From NCBI GenBank assembly GCA_965226375.1, contig CBDDCX010000007.1, positions 256,001-320,000 on the forward strand: a stretch of 64,000 bases of DNA, given 5' to 3'. The stretch is from Longimicrobiales bacterium (GTDB lineage: Bacteria > Gemmatimonadota > Gemmatimonadetes > Longimicrobiales > Gaopeijiaceae). Both the position numbers and the translations under genes were made by a program. The notes below the pieces were generated by a model. That model was not told the DNA's origin. It searched no databases and worked only from the letters and a program-made list of their open reading frames with translations. The stretch's first letter is position 1; each line of letters opens with the position of its first letter. Shown here piece by piece: positions 1 to 10,245 of this stretch.

Positions 1-671
1 GCACCGCGTACGGATACCTCGGTGACCTCTACTTGAGCGTCGATGGGACCGACACGAAGAGAGCACGGAACGCCGTGCTGGAGTTTTCGGATACCACCGT
101 TGGAACAGTGCAATCGGTGCTTTAGAGGGCCGACTTGATCGACGGCGACTTCGCTGCTGCCCTGGCCAGACCATATACGCAGCGTAACACATACCGGCGC
201 GCGAAGACCCTCGAGCTTGCCGGTCGCTTGGATGAGGCTCGGGTTGCCTGGGATTCCATGGCCATTAACACGGCACCTTGGGTCGAGGAGAATCCGGATG
301 TCCGCGGGGCGAGAATCACACTGGCTCGGGCCTACGCGGCGCTCGGTCGAGGCGAGGAAGCCGTCCAGCACGCCACGATCGTGATGGAGGACATGCCCTT
401 CACGCGAGATGCGGTAGCGGCAGTGGGTTATCACTACCAGGCGGCCGAGATTTTCGCGCTCGTGGGTGAGCCGACGCGGGCAGTACAACTCTTGGAGCTC
501 CTGCTCGATCGGAACTCCGGGGTAACAGCTGCGGAATTGGCGGCCGATCCCGAGTTGGGTTCCCTCCGTGACCGTCCCGACTTCCGAGCGCTGATCGAGC
601 GCTGGTACCTCGCCCGTGTGGGCGCCGTACTCGCGATGTCGCTGGTGATCTCCGCCGCCCTTCCGTCGTAG
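1..671 (+). pseudogene. C-terminal part of a TPR-containing protein, interrupted by an in-frame TAG at 123-125
   Basis: Frame is open from the window start (TAYGYLGDLYL...VQSVL*RADLIDGDF). TPR-like helices (LARAYAALGRGEEAV) and a LAADPELGSLRDRPDF C-terminal motif. Confidence 0.55.
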
Positions 672-695
672 CCGTCACCCTTTACGTTCGTTCCC

Positions 696-1751
696 ATGGA
701 AATCGGCATCTACTCCTTCGTCGAGACGGCGTTCGACTCCGAGACGGGACGCCAACTCAAGGTTGAGGAGCGGCTCGCACACCTCCTCGAAGAGATCGAG
801 CTGGCCGATCAGGTGGGCCTCGACGTCTTCGGCGTCGGTGAGCACCATCGTGCCGACTATGCGGTCTCGGCCCCGGCCATCGTCTTGGCCGCTGCCGCGG
901 CCCGTACCAGCAAGATCCGGCTCACCAGTGCGGTCTCGGTGCTGAGCTCCGACGATCCGGTGCGTGTCTTCCAGGACTTCGCCACTCTGGACCTCATTTC
1001 GGGCGGACGCGCGGAGATCATGGCGGGGCAGGGGTCGTTCACGGAGTCGTTCCCACTGTTCGGTCAGGACCTGTCGGACTACGACGAGCTCTTCTCGGAG
1101 AAGCTGGAGCTGCTGCTGCGGTTGCGGGAGGAGGAGCGTATCACCTGGTCGGGTCGGCATCGGCCGTCCATCGAGGATCGCGCCGTGTACCCGCGTCCCG
1201 TTCAGGATCCCATCCCGGTCTGGTTAGCCGTGGGCGGAACGCCTCAGTCCGTGATGCGGGCGGCCACGTTGGGTCTACCGATGGCGTTGGCCATCATCGG
1301 CGGTGCGCCGGAGCGCTTCAAGCCGGTCGTGGATCTCTACCGGGACACGGCGGCACGGGCGGGTCACGATCCGGCCACACTCCCGCTCAGCATCAACTCC
1401 CACGGTTTTATCGCGGACGACGCGGCGGACGCGGCGGACATCTCCTTTCCGCCCTATGCCGAGACCATGACGCGCATCGGAAGCGAGCGCGGCTGGCCGC
1501 CTGCTACCCGCCGTCAGTTCGACGCCGAGGCCGAGCTGAGGGGTGCACTGTTCCTAGGGAGTCCTCAGCAGATCATCGACAAGATCCTCTTCCAACACGA
1601 GATCTTCGGACATCAGCGTTGTCTGATTCAGCTCACGGTCGGGCCGACGCCTCACGACAAGGTCATGAGGGCCATCGAGCTGCTGGGCACCGAGGTCGCA
1701 CCGGTGGTGAGGCGGGAGTTGCGCGTGCCTACTCATCCAGCAAGCGATTGA
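696..1751 (+). CDS. LLM-class flavin-dependent oxidoreductase (luciferase-like)
   Basis: GEHH motif, [23 protein letters not shown], typical length. Confidence 0.93.
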   Translation: MEIGIYSFVETAFDSETGRQLKVEERLAHLLEEIELADQVGLDVFGVGEHHRADYAVSAPAIVLAAAAARTSKIRLTSAVSVLSSDDPVRVFQDFATLDLISGGRAEIMAGQGSFTESFPLFGQDLSDYDELFSEKLELLLRLREEERITWSGRHRPSIEDRAVYPRPVQDPIPVWLAVGGTPQSVMRAATLGLPMALAIIGGAPERFKPVVDLYRDTAARAGHDPATLPLSINSHGFIADDAADAADISFPPYAETMTRIGSERGWPPATRRQFDAEAELRGALFLGSPQQIIDKILFQHEIFGHQRCLIQLTVGPTPHDKVMRAIELLGTEVAPVVRRELRVPTHPASD

Positions 1752-2292
1752 CGGCGATTCGAAGGGCCGGAGGCGGCATGAACCCGAAGATCCGGTGCCG
1801 GATGATGCCCTGGCGGTCGATGAGGAAGGAAGTGGGAATGGTGGTGACTCCTCCGAACGCCCGATCGGCGGTGGCAGAGGTCTGCACCACGGGGTAGGTG
1901 ATGTCACGCTCGAGCAAGAACGCTCGGACCTCGCTCCAGCTTCCTCGATCCGTCGAGACGCCCAGGATCGTGAAGCCCTGATCCCGTTTGTCATCGTACA
2001 GCTTCTGGAAGCCCGGCATCTCGAGCTTGCACGGGCCACACCACGTCGCCCAGAAGTTCACCAGAACCACTTGGCCTTCCAGGTCCGCCAAAACCACCGG
2101 TTGTCCGTCGGGGCTCTCGAAGACCACTGCCGGTGCCGTGCCTACAGGGCCGCCGACCCCGATCATTGCCGCCATCTGCGGCCACAGGCGATGCGCCGCG
2201 AAGGTGAGGATCGCCACGGTCAGGACCGTCTCCACGCGTTTCCACGTGAGCCAGGCGGGAATCCACCGCCGGTCTTCGACTCTCTCGTTCAT
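1729..2292 (-). CDS. TlpA-family thiol:disulfide reductase
   Basis: [11 protein letters not shown] motif, IPTSFLID cis-Pro loop, N-terminal TM helix. Start moved to the ATG at 2292, which has GGAG upstream. Confidence 0.92.
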   Translation of the reverse strand: MNERVEDRRWIPAWLTWKRVETVLTVAILTFAAHRLWPQMAAMIGVGGPVGTAPAVVFESPDGQPVVLADLEGQVVLVNFWATWCGPCKLEMPGFQKLYDDKRDQGFTILGVSTDRGSWSEVRAFLLERDITYPVVQTSATADRAFGGVTTIPTSFLIDRQGIIRHRIFGFMPPPALRIAVNRLLDE

Positions 2293-2448
2293 GTCTCCAG
2301 AATCCTGCGATTGGCGGTCGAGTTCAAGAGGTGACTCCCTCCCGACCAACGGCTCGTCCGTTTGGCGATCGAGGTAGGAAACAGTGTGGACCGTCACCCG
2401 TAGCCTTCGAACCGTGCTCTCGACTAGCTTTCGGGACACCTGCTAACC

Positions 2449-2931
2449 ATGACCCAGGACGTGCCCATGAACGTGAGTGTAGGCGACCGAGCCTCTCGCA
2501 GCATGACGCTTACCGCGGAGCACGTGGAGCAGTTCTCCGCTCTCAGCGGGGACTATAATCCCTTGCACTTTGACGAAGACTTCGCGGCCGCGACGCCCTT
2601 TGGAAAGCTGGTCGTGCAGGGGGGACTGACGACCGGCATCCTGCATGCGCTGGTGGCCGAAGACATGCCGGGGCCAGGCACCGTGTTCCTCAGCCAGAAC
2701 TGGAAGTTTACCGCCCCCGTCTCCGTCGGTGACACGATCACGGCCGAGGCGGAGATACTCACGGTACACGCGACCAAACCGGTGACCAGTCTCGCCGTCG
2801 AGGTAAAGCGACAGGATGGGGAGACGGTCCTCGAGGGTGAGGCCTGGTGCTATACGTTTGCGGGGAACCGTGAGCCCGCCTCGGAGACGTCCCCCGACTC
2901 CACGCCCCCGCCTGATTCCACCACCACCTGA
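2449..2931 (+). CDS. MaoC-family dehydratase
   Basis: SGDYNPLH hydratase motif, MPGPG, FTAPV. Confidence 0.92.
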   Translation: MTQDVPMNVSVGDRASRSMTLTAEHVEQFSALSGDYNPLHFDEDFAAATPFGKLVVQGGLTTGILHALVAEDMPGPGTVFLSQNWKFTAPVSVGDTITAEAEILTVHATKPVTSLAVEVKRQDGETVLEGEAWCYTFAGNREPASETSPDSTPPPDSTTT

Positions 2932-2937
2932 CCGACC

Positions 2938-3708
2938 ATGAGCCCTCTCCCTCGCCGGCTCGCAGTCCCGACACTGTTGGCCGCCAGTCTCTGCGTGCTG
3001 GTCCCCGTCCCGACCCGTGCTCAGACGGCTCGGGAGATCATCGATCAAGTGGATCGCCTTCTCAGGGGCGAGTCCAGCGTGGCCCGGTTCACCATGGACA
3101 TCCGGACGGAGCACTGGGAGCGCTCGCTTACGCTGCGCGCCTGGTCGCTGGGAACCGAGTACGCCCTCGTGCGCGTCGAGACTCCCACCAAAGAGGCCGG
3201 AACGGCGACGCTGAAGGCGGGCCAGGAGGTCTGGAACTACCTGCCCAGGGTGGACCGCACCATCAAGGTCCCGTCGTCCATGATGATGGGGTCGTGGATG
3301 GGATCCCACTTCACCAATGACGATCTGGTGAAGGAAAGCACGCTCGTCGAGGACTACGAGATCGAGGTCGAGTTCGAGGGTGTCCGAGAGGATGTGAACG
3401 TTTGGGAATTCCTCCTTCTCCCGCTCCCCGAGGCTCCGGTCGTGTGGAGCAAGATCCGTTACCAGGTGCGGCGGGACGATCTCATGCCCACCTGGGCTCG
3501 TTACTACGACGAGCGGGACGATCTCGTCCGTACGATGACCTTCACCGAGCACCGGGTGATGGACGGCCGCTTGGTGCCGGCCGTCATGACCGTGGAGCCC
3601 GCCGACGATCCGGGTGAGGTCACGCGCATCCGCTACCACGAGCTGGAGTTCGACATCGGAGTCGACGAGGACTTCTTCTCTCTGCGCAACCTTCGGCGCC
3701 AGAGGTAG
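2938..3708 (+). CDS. Outer-membrane lipoprotein-sorting (LolA-like) protein
   Basis: Signal peptide, WNYLPRVDR and WMGSHFTNDDL motifs; lies upstream of an FtsX-type ABC transporter. Confidence 0.88.
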   Translation: MSPLPRRLAVPTLLAASLCVLVPVPTRAQTAREIIDQVDRLLRGESSVARFTMDIRTEHWERSLTLRAWSLGTEYALVRVETPTKEAGTATLKAGQEVWNYLPRVDRTIKVPSSMMMGSWMGSHFTNDDLVKESTLVEDYEIEVEFEGVREDVNVWEFLLLPLPEAPVVWSKIRYQVRRDDLMPTWARYYDERDDLVRTMTFTEHRVMDGRLVPAVMTVEPADDPGEVTRIRYHELEFDIGVDEDFFSLRNLRRQR

Positions 3709-3712
3709 TCGG

Positions 3713-4975
3713 GTGGGGGATCGTTGGGTGTGGTGGCGGCTGGCGTGGCGCAACCTGTGGAGAAACCGGAAGCGTACGCTCATCACGGCCTCCGCGCTCA
3801 CCTTCGGCTATCTGGCCTCCGTGACCATGATCGGAATCTGGAACGGCATGGTGGCCGAGATGATCGAGACGGGGACCAACCTGGTCTCGGGGCAGTTGCA
3901 GATGCACGCTCCAGATTATTATCCCGAGCGCAGCATGTATGAGACGTTGGGTGGTCGGGCCGGGATCGACGTAGACGAGCTTGTTCGGGTGACCCAAGGT
4001 ATTCCAGGTGTGGTCGCGGCGTCTCCTCGCGTATACGGGGGAGGGCTCGTCAGCTCCGGTGATGAGACGGTAGCAGGCATCCTGGTCGGAGTTGACCCGA
4101 TCCGGGAAGCAGGAGTCACGCGGCTTCTGTCGTTGCCGGTGGAGGGTCGCGCACCCCGTAGGGGCGAACGCGAGATCTTCATCGGGCGGGACATGGCCGA
4201 CCTGCTACGGGTCGAAGCGGGAGACGAGGTAGTCCTGGTGGCGCCTGCCATGGACGGATCCCTGGGCAACGACCTGTACTCCGTGAGCGGGATATTCGAC
4301 ACCGGTATGGCGGCGCTCGACGGATCTCTAGCCATCATGCCCATCCGGTCACTCCAGGATCTCCTCGCCATGCCGGAAGATCGGGTGCACGAGGTGGCTG
4401 CGGCGCTCGCCGACCCCTGGACTGCTCCGGCTCTCAGCGATTCGCTCGCCTCCGTGGCAGAGGGTCTTGGCTACCCGGTCACCCCGAGGCCCTGGACGGT
4501 CTTTCGGGCGGAGCTCGCGGAATACGCCAGCCTTGCCAAGGCAGTGAACGGGATCATCGTCGGCATCGTCTTCGTCATGGCCATCTTCGGGGTCGCGAAC
4601 ACCATGCTGCTCGGGACCTTCGAGCGTCGCCGTGAGTTCGCCGTGGTGCGAGCCCTCGGCACCCGGCCATCGCGCGTGGCGCTGACCGTGGTCTACGAAG
4701 GCCTGATCCTGGGCATCATCGCCCTCGCTGCGGGGGCCGTACTTTCCGTACCGATCCTCTATTGGCTTCACAACTACCCGCCGGATCTCTCCAATCTTTG
4801 GGGTGACTTCACCATGGCCGGGGCCGTGGTTCGCCCCGTGCTCCGAGCCGACTATTCGCTCGAGGGTTCGGTATGGAGTGCGGCCGGCCTGTTGGTGACC
4901 TCGATCATTGCGGCGTTCTACCCGGCGATCCGTGCCGTGCGGATAGCGCCGGCCGACGCCTTGTCCGACGCGTGA
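3713..4975 (+). CDS. ABC transporter permease (FtsX/LolE-like)
   Basis: LAWRNLWRNRKRT, FERRREFAVVRALG, four TM segments. GTG start inferred. Confidence 0.92.
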   Translation: MGDRWVWWRLAWRNLWRNRKRTLITASALTFGYLASVTMIGIWNGMVAEMIETGTNLVSGQLQMHAPDYYPERSMYETLGGRAGIDVDELVRVTQGIPGVVAASPRVYGGGLVSSGDETVAGILVGVDPIREAGVTRLLSLPVEGRAPRRGEREIFIGRDMADLLRVEAGDEVVLVAPAMDGSLGNDLYSVSGIFDTGMAALDGSLAIMPIRSLQDLLAMPEDRVHEVAAALADPWTAPALSDSLASVAEGLGYPVTPRPWTVFRAELAEYASLAKAVNGIIVGIVFVMAIFGVANTMLLGTFERRREFAVVRALGTRPSRVALTVVYEGLILGIIALAAGAVLSVPILYWLHNYPPDLSNLWGDFTMAGAVVRPVLRADYSLEGSVWSAAGLLVTSIIAAFYPAIRAVRIAPADALSDA

Positions 4976-6231
4976 AACGGACGCCGACGCTGCTGCGATT
5001 GGCGGCCCGTGGGGTGCTGCGCGAGGCGAGGCGTAGCGTGCTCACCGCGTCGGCCATGGCGCTGGGCCTGGCTCTCCTCATGTTCTCCCGGTCCCTGGCG
5101 GACGGGGGCCACGAGGATTGGATCAACGCCGGCGTGCGGATGGGGGCCGGCCATGTCTTGATTCAAGCGCCCGGCCATCGGGAGAGCGGGAGCCTCGAAG
5201 ACCGACTGTCGGAGGCCCAGGCGAGTCTGTCGCTGGCTGCTCTGGAGGGTCTCGAGGGGCCCTTGGCACCTCTGGCCACCACGCTGCGCCTCTCCACGAA
5301 CGGCCTTGCCAGCTCGGCTTCGTCCGCTGTGCCTGCCGCGATCCAGGGCGTGGATCCAACCCTCGAGTCGGGATTCTCACATGCGGTGGACAAGCTCACG
5401 GACGGACGCTACCTGAAGGTCGACGACCGTTTGGCTGCCTATGTGGGCACGGCCATGGCCGAGCGCCTGGGGCTGTCCCTCGGTTCACGGTTCGTCCTGA
5501 CGGCTCAGTCGGCGAGCGGGGACATCGAGGGCCAGCTCGTACGGGTGGTCGGAATGTTTCGCACGGGGCTTCCCGAGGTGGACGAGGCTCTGGTGCACAT
5601 TCCGATCTCGACGGCACGCACCTGGTTGGCTGCCGAGGGGGCCGTGACCACGGTCGGGGCGATCCTGCCGGGCAGCCGGATCGTCCCGGACGTGGTGCGT
5701 GAACTCGAGGCCGCCCTGGAATCGGACGGCGTACGTGTGCTGAGTTGGCGTGAGGCCTACCCCCAGCTGGACGCCGCGGTACGCATCGACGACTACGGCG
5801 ACTTCATCTTCCATGGCATTCTGTTCGCCATCGTCGCGCTGGCCGTGCTAAACACCGTGCTCATGTCCGTGCTGTACAGGAAGCGGGAGTTCGCTGTGCT
5901 CCAGGCGCTCGGGCTGACCCCGGGCGAGACCGGTCTCGTGGTGTTCACCGAAGGCCTTCTGCTGACGGCACTGGCCGGTGTCGTCGGAATCATTCTGGGA
6001 GCCGCGGTGACCTGGGTGTTCTTTCGAGACGGGCTGGATTTCTCCGGCCTCATGTCCGAGGAGTTCACGTTCTCGGGCATCGTCATGGATCCGGTCATCG
6101 TTCCGGAATTCAGAATCGCGCATGTCCTGCAGAGTGCCTTTTCCATCGCCGTCGTCGGCGTCACGGTGTCCATCTATCCCGCTTACCAGGCCACCAAGAT
6201 CGACGTAGGGGAGGCGTTGAAATTCGAATGA
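4972..6231 (+). CDS. ABC transporter permease (FtsX/LolE-like)
   Basis: RKREFAVLQALG; paralogous architecture; GTGA overlap with the previous gene. Confidence 0.92.
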   Translation: MKRTPTLLRLAARGVLREARRSVLTASAMALGLALLMFSRSLADGGHEDWINAGVRMGAGHVLIQAPGHRESGSLEDRLSEAQASLSLAALEGLEGPLAPLATTLRLSTNGLASSASSAVPAAIQGVDPTLESGFSHAVDKLTDGRYLKVDDRLAAYVGTAMAERLGLSLGSRFVLTAQSASGDIEGQLVRVVGMFRTGLPEVDEALVHIPISTARTWLAAEGAVTTVGAILPGSRIVPDVVRELEAALESDGVRVLSWREAYPQLDAAVRIDDYGDFIFHGILFAIVALAVLNTVLMSVLYRKREFAVLQALGLTPGETGLVVFTEGLLLTALAGVVGIILGAAVTWVFFRDGLDFSGLMSEEFTFSGIVMDPVIVPEFRIAHVLQSAFSIAVVGVTVSIYPAYQATKIDVGEALKFE

Positions 6232-6941
6232 CGACCGAGAGCCCGAGGGTGGCGACCGATATCGCCGTGCGTACCGAGGACGTCTGGAAGATCTACCCGC
6301 AGGAGCCGGAGCCCGTCGAAGCGGTACGGGGCGTGTCCCTCGAGATCCGGGAGGGCGACTTCATGACCATGGCGGGTCCGTCCGGGTCGGGAAAGACGAC
6401 CCTTCTCAATATGCTCGGGGGCCTCACACGCCCGACGAGAGGGCGTCTCTGGGTCCGGGATGACGAGATCACGGAACTTTCGAACAAGGAACTCGCACGG
6501 CTCCGACTCGAGAGCATCGGCTTCGTCTTCCAGGCGTTCAATCTGCTGCCCGTCCTGTCGGCTCTCGAGAACGCCGAGTTCTCGCTCCTGCTACGCGGCG
6601 TGCCGGCGGCGGAGCGCCACCGGCGTGTGCGAGAGCTCTTCCGGGAGATCGGGCTCGAAGGGCTGGAGGATCGCAGGCCGGGTAGACTGTCGGGTGGTCA
6701 ACAACAGCGCGTCGCGGTCGCGCGGGCGGTCATTGGCCAACCCACCCTGGTACTCGCGGACGAGCCCACGGCGAATCTGGACTCCCACACGAGCGACGCC
6801 CTGCTCGACGTGATGGAAGAGCTGAACCGGGAGCACGGCACCACGTTCTTGTTCTCGACCCACGATCCCCGGGTCGTCGAGAGGGCGCGCCGTCGCGTGA
6901 GCCTGGTGGACGGGCAGATCGCGACGGACGAGCGGGTATGA
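6228..6941 (+). CDS. ABC transporter ATP-binding protein (LolD-like)
   Basis: GPSGSGKTT, LSGGQQQR, LADEPTANLD. Confidence 0.95.
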   Translation: MTTESPRVATDIAVRTEDVWKIYPQEPEPVEAVRGVSLEIREGDFMTMAGPSGSGKTTLLNMLGGLTRPTRGRLWVRDDEITELSNKELARLRLESIGFVFQAFNLLPVLSALENAEFSLLLRGVPAAERHRRVRELFREIGLEGLEDRRPGRLSGGQQQRVAVARAVIGQPTLVLADEPTANLDSHTSDALLDVMEELNREHGTTFLFSTHDPRVVERARRRVSLVDGQIATDERV

Positions 6942-6985
6942 CGGCTCCCGAGGTGCTGCACGGGCGGCACGAAAGGCGCTGACGC

Positions 6986-8194
6986 TTGGGGGCATTGATC
7001 GGCGCGGTCGTGTGTCTTGTCGCGTGCCTCGCCTTGGGACCGGGCACGCTGGGAGCCCAGGTGGCCGATCTGTCCGCCTACTACTTCAACCTCGCCGGCC
7101 ACTCCGGGCCAAGCCCTGTCAGCGATTCGGGGCTCAGCGACTTCCAGCGCTTTCGTCTCATGTGGGCGCCCTCCCTTGGGTCCGTGGGTCTGGACGTGGC
7201 CTATGAGCATACGCTTCAGCTCAGCGCAGAAGGCGTGATGGGTACAGGGGCGGTGCTAGCCCCGACCGCCGGAGTCAACTGGCTGGACCTCGACTGGACC
7301 GTTGAGGAGAGTGACCACGTCTTGTGGCGGCATCGTGTGGATCGCCTGGCGCTCTCGTTTCCGATCGGAGAGTCGGTGGAGGTTGCCGTGGGACGGCAGG
7401 TCGTATCGTGGGCGAGTACGCTGATCCTTACGCCCGCCGATCCGTTCACGCCGTTCGACCCCGCGGATCCGTTTCGCGAGTACCGGGCCGGTGTCGACGC
7501 AGCCCGGGTTCGTGCCTACCCGGGGGCGTTCAGCGAGGTGGACATTATCGTGCGCCCGACGACGTCGTCGGATGGCGACCAGCTCACGGCGCTCGTGCGC
7601 GGAAAGACCAACTGGCGGGGGTGGGACGTCGCCGCGTGGGGTGGCGTGCTGTTCGATGACGCAGCCGGGGCGGTGAGCGCGGTTGGAGCCTGGGCCGGCT
7701 GGGCCGTACGTACCGAGGTTGCCGTTCGGGACGACGGGAACAGGTCCGTGCTCAGGGGCACGGTCGGACTCGACCGTCGGTTCGCGGTACGCGGCCGCGA
7801 TCTATACGTGATCGTGGAGTATCAGCACGACGGCTTCGGCGCGGCAGACGCGGACGACCTGTTCCAGACCACTCTTTCCGCAGCATTCCAACGGGGCGAG
7901 CTACAGCTCCTGGCGCGGGACGCGCTGGCCACCCAGGCCTCGTACCAGATCCAGCCCCTGTGGGCCCTCGACCTTTTGGCCCTCACCAGCCTTTCGGACG
8001 GTAGCGTCCTCCTTTCGGGCGGGGGAACGTGGGGGTTTTCGTCGCACTCCAGCCTGCGGGGTGGGACGTTCGTGGGCTTCGGCGACGATTCCTTGGCACC
8101 TATCGCGGCGTCAGCCGCGGCTCCCACCGGCATCGGCTCGGAGTTCGGACTGACCCCGTCCGTGCTCTATCTTTCGTTGACCCATTTCTTTTGA
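6986..8194 (+). CDS. Putative outer-membrane beta-barrel protein; 5' end uncertain (ATG at 6938 meets a TGA at 6980)
   Basis: Signal-like N-terminus, GRQVVSW motif, alternating beta strands, terminal Phe. Confidence 0.7.
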   Translation: MGALIGAVVCLVACLALGPGTLGAQVADLSAYYFNLAGHSGPSPVSDSGLSDFQRFRLMWAPSLGSVGLDVAYEHTLQLSAEGVMGTGAVLAPTAGVNWLDLDWTVEESDHVLWRHRVDRLALSFPIGESVEVAVGRQVVSWASTLILTPADPFTPFDPADPFREYRAGVDAARVRAYPGAFSEVDIIVRPTTSSDGDQLTALVRGKTNWRGWDVAAWGGVLFDDAAGAVSAVGAWAGWAVRTEVAVRDDGNRSVLRGTVGLDRRFAVRGRDLYVIVEYQHDGFGAADADDLFQTTLSAAFQRGELQLLARDALATQASYQIQPLWALDLLALTSLSDGSVLLSGGGTWGFSSHSSLRGGTFVGFGDDSLAPIAASAAAPTGIGSEFGLTPSVLYLSLTHFF

Positions 8195-8206
8195 TGCGGG
8201 AGATCG

Positions 8207-9052
8207 ATGGACGACCGTGTGCGAGTGGCACTCATCACCGACGTCTTTCATGACGACCCCGACCGGTCACGGCTAAAGAGTCGCCTGACGGAGGCGCGGG
8301 CGCTCGGTGCTACACTGGCTGTTCTGCCTGAGCTTCCGCTGAACGCGTGGTCGCCGGCCACGCGTGTGCCTCGCGATGAAGATGCCGAGCCGCCCGGGGG
8401 GCCGCGCCAACGGGTGCTTGCCCAGGCCGCAGCCCAGGCGGGCATCACCCTCCTGGGCGGCGCCATCATCACGGATCCCGATACGCACTCGAGGCACAAT
8501 ACCGCCGTCTTGTACGACACGGGTGGTCAGGAGCTGGGCCAGTACAGAAAGGTCCATCTGCCCGAAGAGGAAGGTTACTGGGAGACCTCGCACTACGAAC
8601 CGGGTGCGGAGCCGCCACGCGTGATGGCCGGGCCGGGCGTCGACGTGGGTGTACAGATCTGCTCCGACATCAATCGTCCTCAGGGGTCCCAGCTTCTCCG
8701 TAGTCAGGGGGCCGAGGTGCTCCTGGTTCCGCGGGCCACGCCCGTTGAGACCTACGAGCGGTGGCGGCTGGTGCTTCGGGCCAACGCGGTCATGGCCGAT
8801 GCGTATCTGCTCTCGGTCAACCGACCCCGACCGGAGTTCGATGTCGACATCGGAGGCCCCTCGCTCGCTGTCGCCCCGGACGGTGAGGTTCTCTACGAGG
8901 GGACCGATCCGGTCGCGATCGTGGAGCTGCAGGCCCGCCGGGCGGGTGAAGCGGTAGTGCAGTATCCCGGGTATCTGGCCAGACCGGCGGATCTCTACGC
9001 GCGGGGTTGGAGCTCGATCAGCGGAGGGAGCTCGATCAAGGGAGACGGATGA
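8207..9052 (+). CDS. Carbon-nitrogen hydrolase (nitrilase superfamily)
   Basis: Catalytic triad motifs LPEL, YRKVHLP, QICSD. Confidence 0.92.
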   Translation: MDDRVRVALITDVFHDDPDRSRLKSRLTEARALGATLAVLPELPLNAWSPATRVPRDEDAEPPGGPRQRVLAQAAAQAGITLLGGAIITDPDTHSRHNTAVLYDTGGQELGQYRKVHLPEEEGYWETSHYEPGAEPPRVMAGPGVDVGVQICSDINRPQGSQLLRSQGAEVLLVPRATPVETYERWRLVLRANAVMADAYLLSVNRPRPEFDVDIGGPSLAVAPDGEVLYEGTDPVAIVELQARRAGEAVVQYPGYLARPADLYARGWSSISGGSSIKGDG

Positions 9053-9068
9053 GGGGACTTCGGTTGCC

Positions 9069-9677
9069 CTACCCGGCCGATGCGCTCGTCGAACCGACCT
9101 TCGAGGACTTGGATCGGCGTGGCGTGCTTTTCCGATAGAGACAGAGTCCACCGTAGGCCGTGAGTAGCCCGGCGATCACCCACGTCGCGGTCGGGAAGCG
9201 TTCCAGCAGGAAAGGAAGACCGGCTCCCGACGCCGTGAACACGAGCGCGCCGGGAAAGATGCCCACCGCCGTGGTCCAGAAGAAGCGCCCACGCGGCACC
9301 GGGGTGAGGCCGGTGCCCCAGTTCAGCGCGGTGAAGGCGATCACCGGAATAAAACGTGGAAGGAGTAGGCCCCACCAATCCGCTTCCAGGACGAGCTGAT
9401 CCGCCTTCTCCAGTGACTTCTCCGGAACGAAGCGCTCGGCGAGAGGCCGCCCGAGCCTGCGGGCCAACTCGAAGCTGATCTGAGCACCGACCAAGGCTCC
9501 CCCCCAAGTGAAGAGGGTGCCCAGCACCGGGCCGCACATCATCCCGTTGAGGACCGCCGGGAATTCGGCCGGGATGGGAAGGATGGCAACGAAGGCCATC
9601 GCCAGGGGAGCCAGGACGTACGCCCACACCCCGATGGACTCGAGCCACGTACCGAATTCGTATACGAGTGCTTCCAC
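9069..9677 (-). CDS. VTT/TVP38 (DedA superfamily) membrane protein
   Basis: Hydrophobic; GAQISFELARRLGR, RFIP and FFWTTAVGIFPG motifs. Confidence 0.85.
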   Translation of the reverse strand: MEALVYEFGTWLESIGVWAYVLAPLAMAFVAILPIPAEFPAVLNGMMCGPVLGTLFTWGGALVGAQISFELARRLGRPLAERFVPEKSLEKADQLVLEADWWGLLLPRFIPVIAFTALNWGTGLTPVPRGRFFWTTAVGIFPGALVFTASGAGLPFLLERFPTATWVIAGLLTAYGGLCLYRKSTPRRSKSSKVGSTSASAG

Positions 9678-9779
9678 CGTCCCCCCTCCTGGCCCCCGCC
9701 TAATCCCCGTCCGTATCGCCAGAGGAAATGCCCAGCCGTACTACCGAGCCCGCTCGAAAAAGGTGCGTTCCGATGGTGA

Positions 9780-10127
9780 TCACCCCCCGCATCCCGCGCA
9801 CTCACGCGATTCGGGAAAGACGGTGAGTCGCCCGATTTCGATCGGGCTCTCGCAGACGAGGCAGATGCCATACCGACCCTTCTCTACCCGCTCCAGGGCC
9901 CCCAGAACCAATGCGAGCTTCACCTGCTCCCGTTCCCCTAGGCTCTTTGCCATGCTCTGATTCTGGAGGGAGTCCATTCGGGAGAGCCTTCCCACCGCGG
10001 TTTGATCGAGCTCGACGACTTTACTGGCCCGCTCGCTGGCGCCCATGCTGCGCTCCAGTCGACGTAGCTCTCTTTCGAGGTCCTGCCGAAGGTCCTCGAC
10101 CTGATCCGGGGTCAACGGGGGAGACAT
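9780..10127 (-). CDS. TraR/DksA C4-type zinc-finger protein
   Basis: VGRLSRMD coiled-coil tip; YGICLVC...RL...P...CAGC. Confidence 0.9.
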   Translation of the reverse strand: MSPPLTPDQVEDLRQDLERELRRLERSMGASERASKVVELDQTAVGRLSRMDSLQNQSMAKSLGEREQVKLALVLGALERVEKGRYGICLVCESPIEIGRLTVFPESRECAGCGG

Positions 10128-10245
10128 GGCTTCCAGTGTGGCTCGCGACGGGTGTCTCTCGCAACCACAGTGCGATCAGGCGGAACGTATGGTATTTTCC
10201 GGAGACGGGTGACATTGTCCCCGCGAACCCCGATCGAGAGGAACG

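Noticed and set aside
123..125. Pyrrolysine or stop read-through at internal TAG codons (also 44080)
   Set aside because: No pyl genes in the window, and TAG terminates many normal genes here; point mutation or error is simpler.
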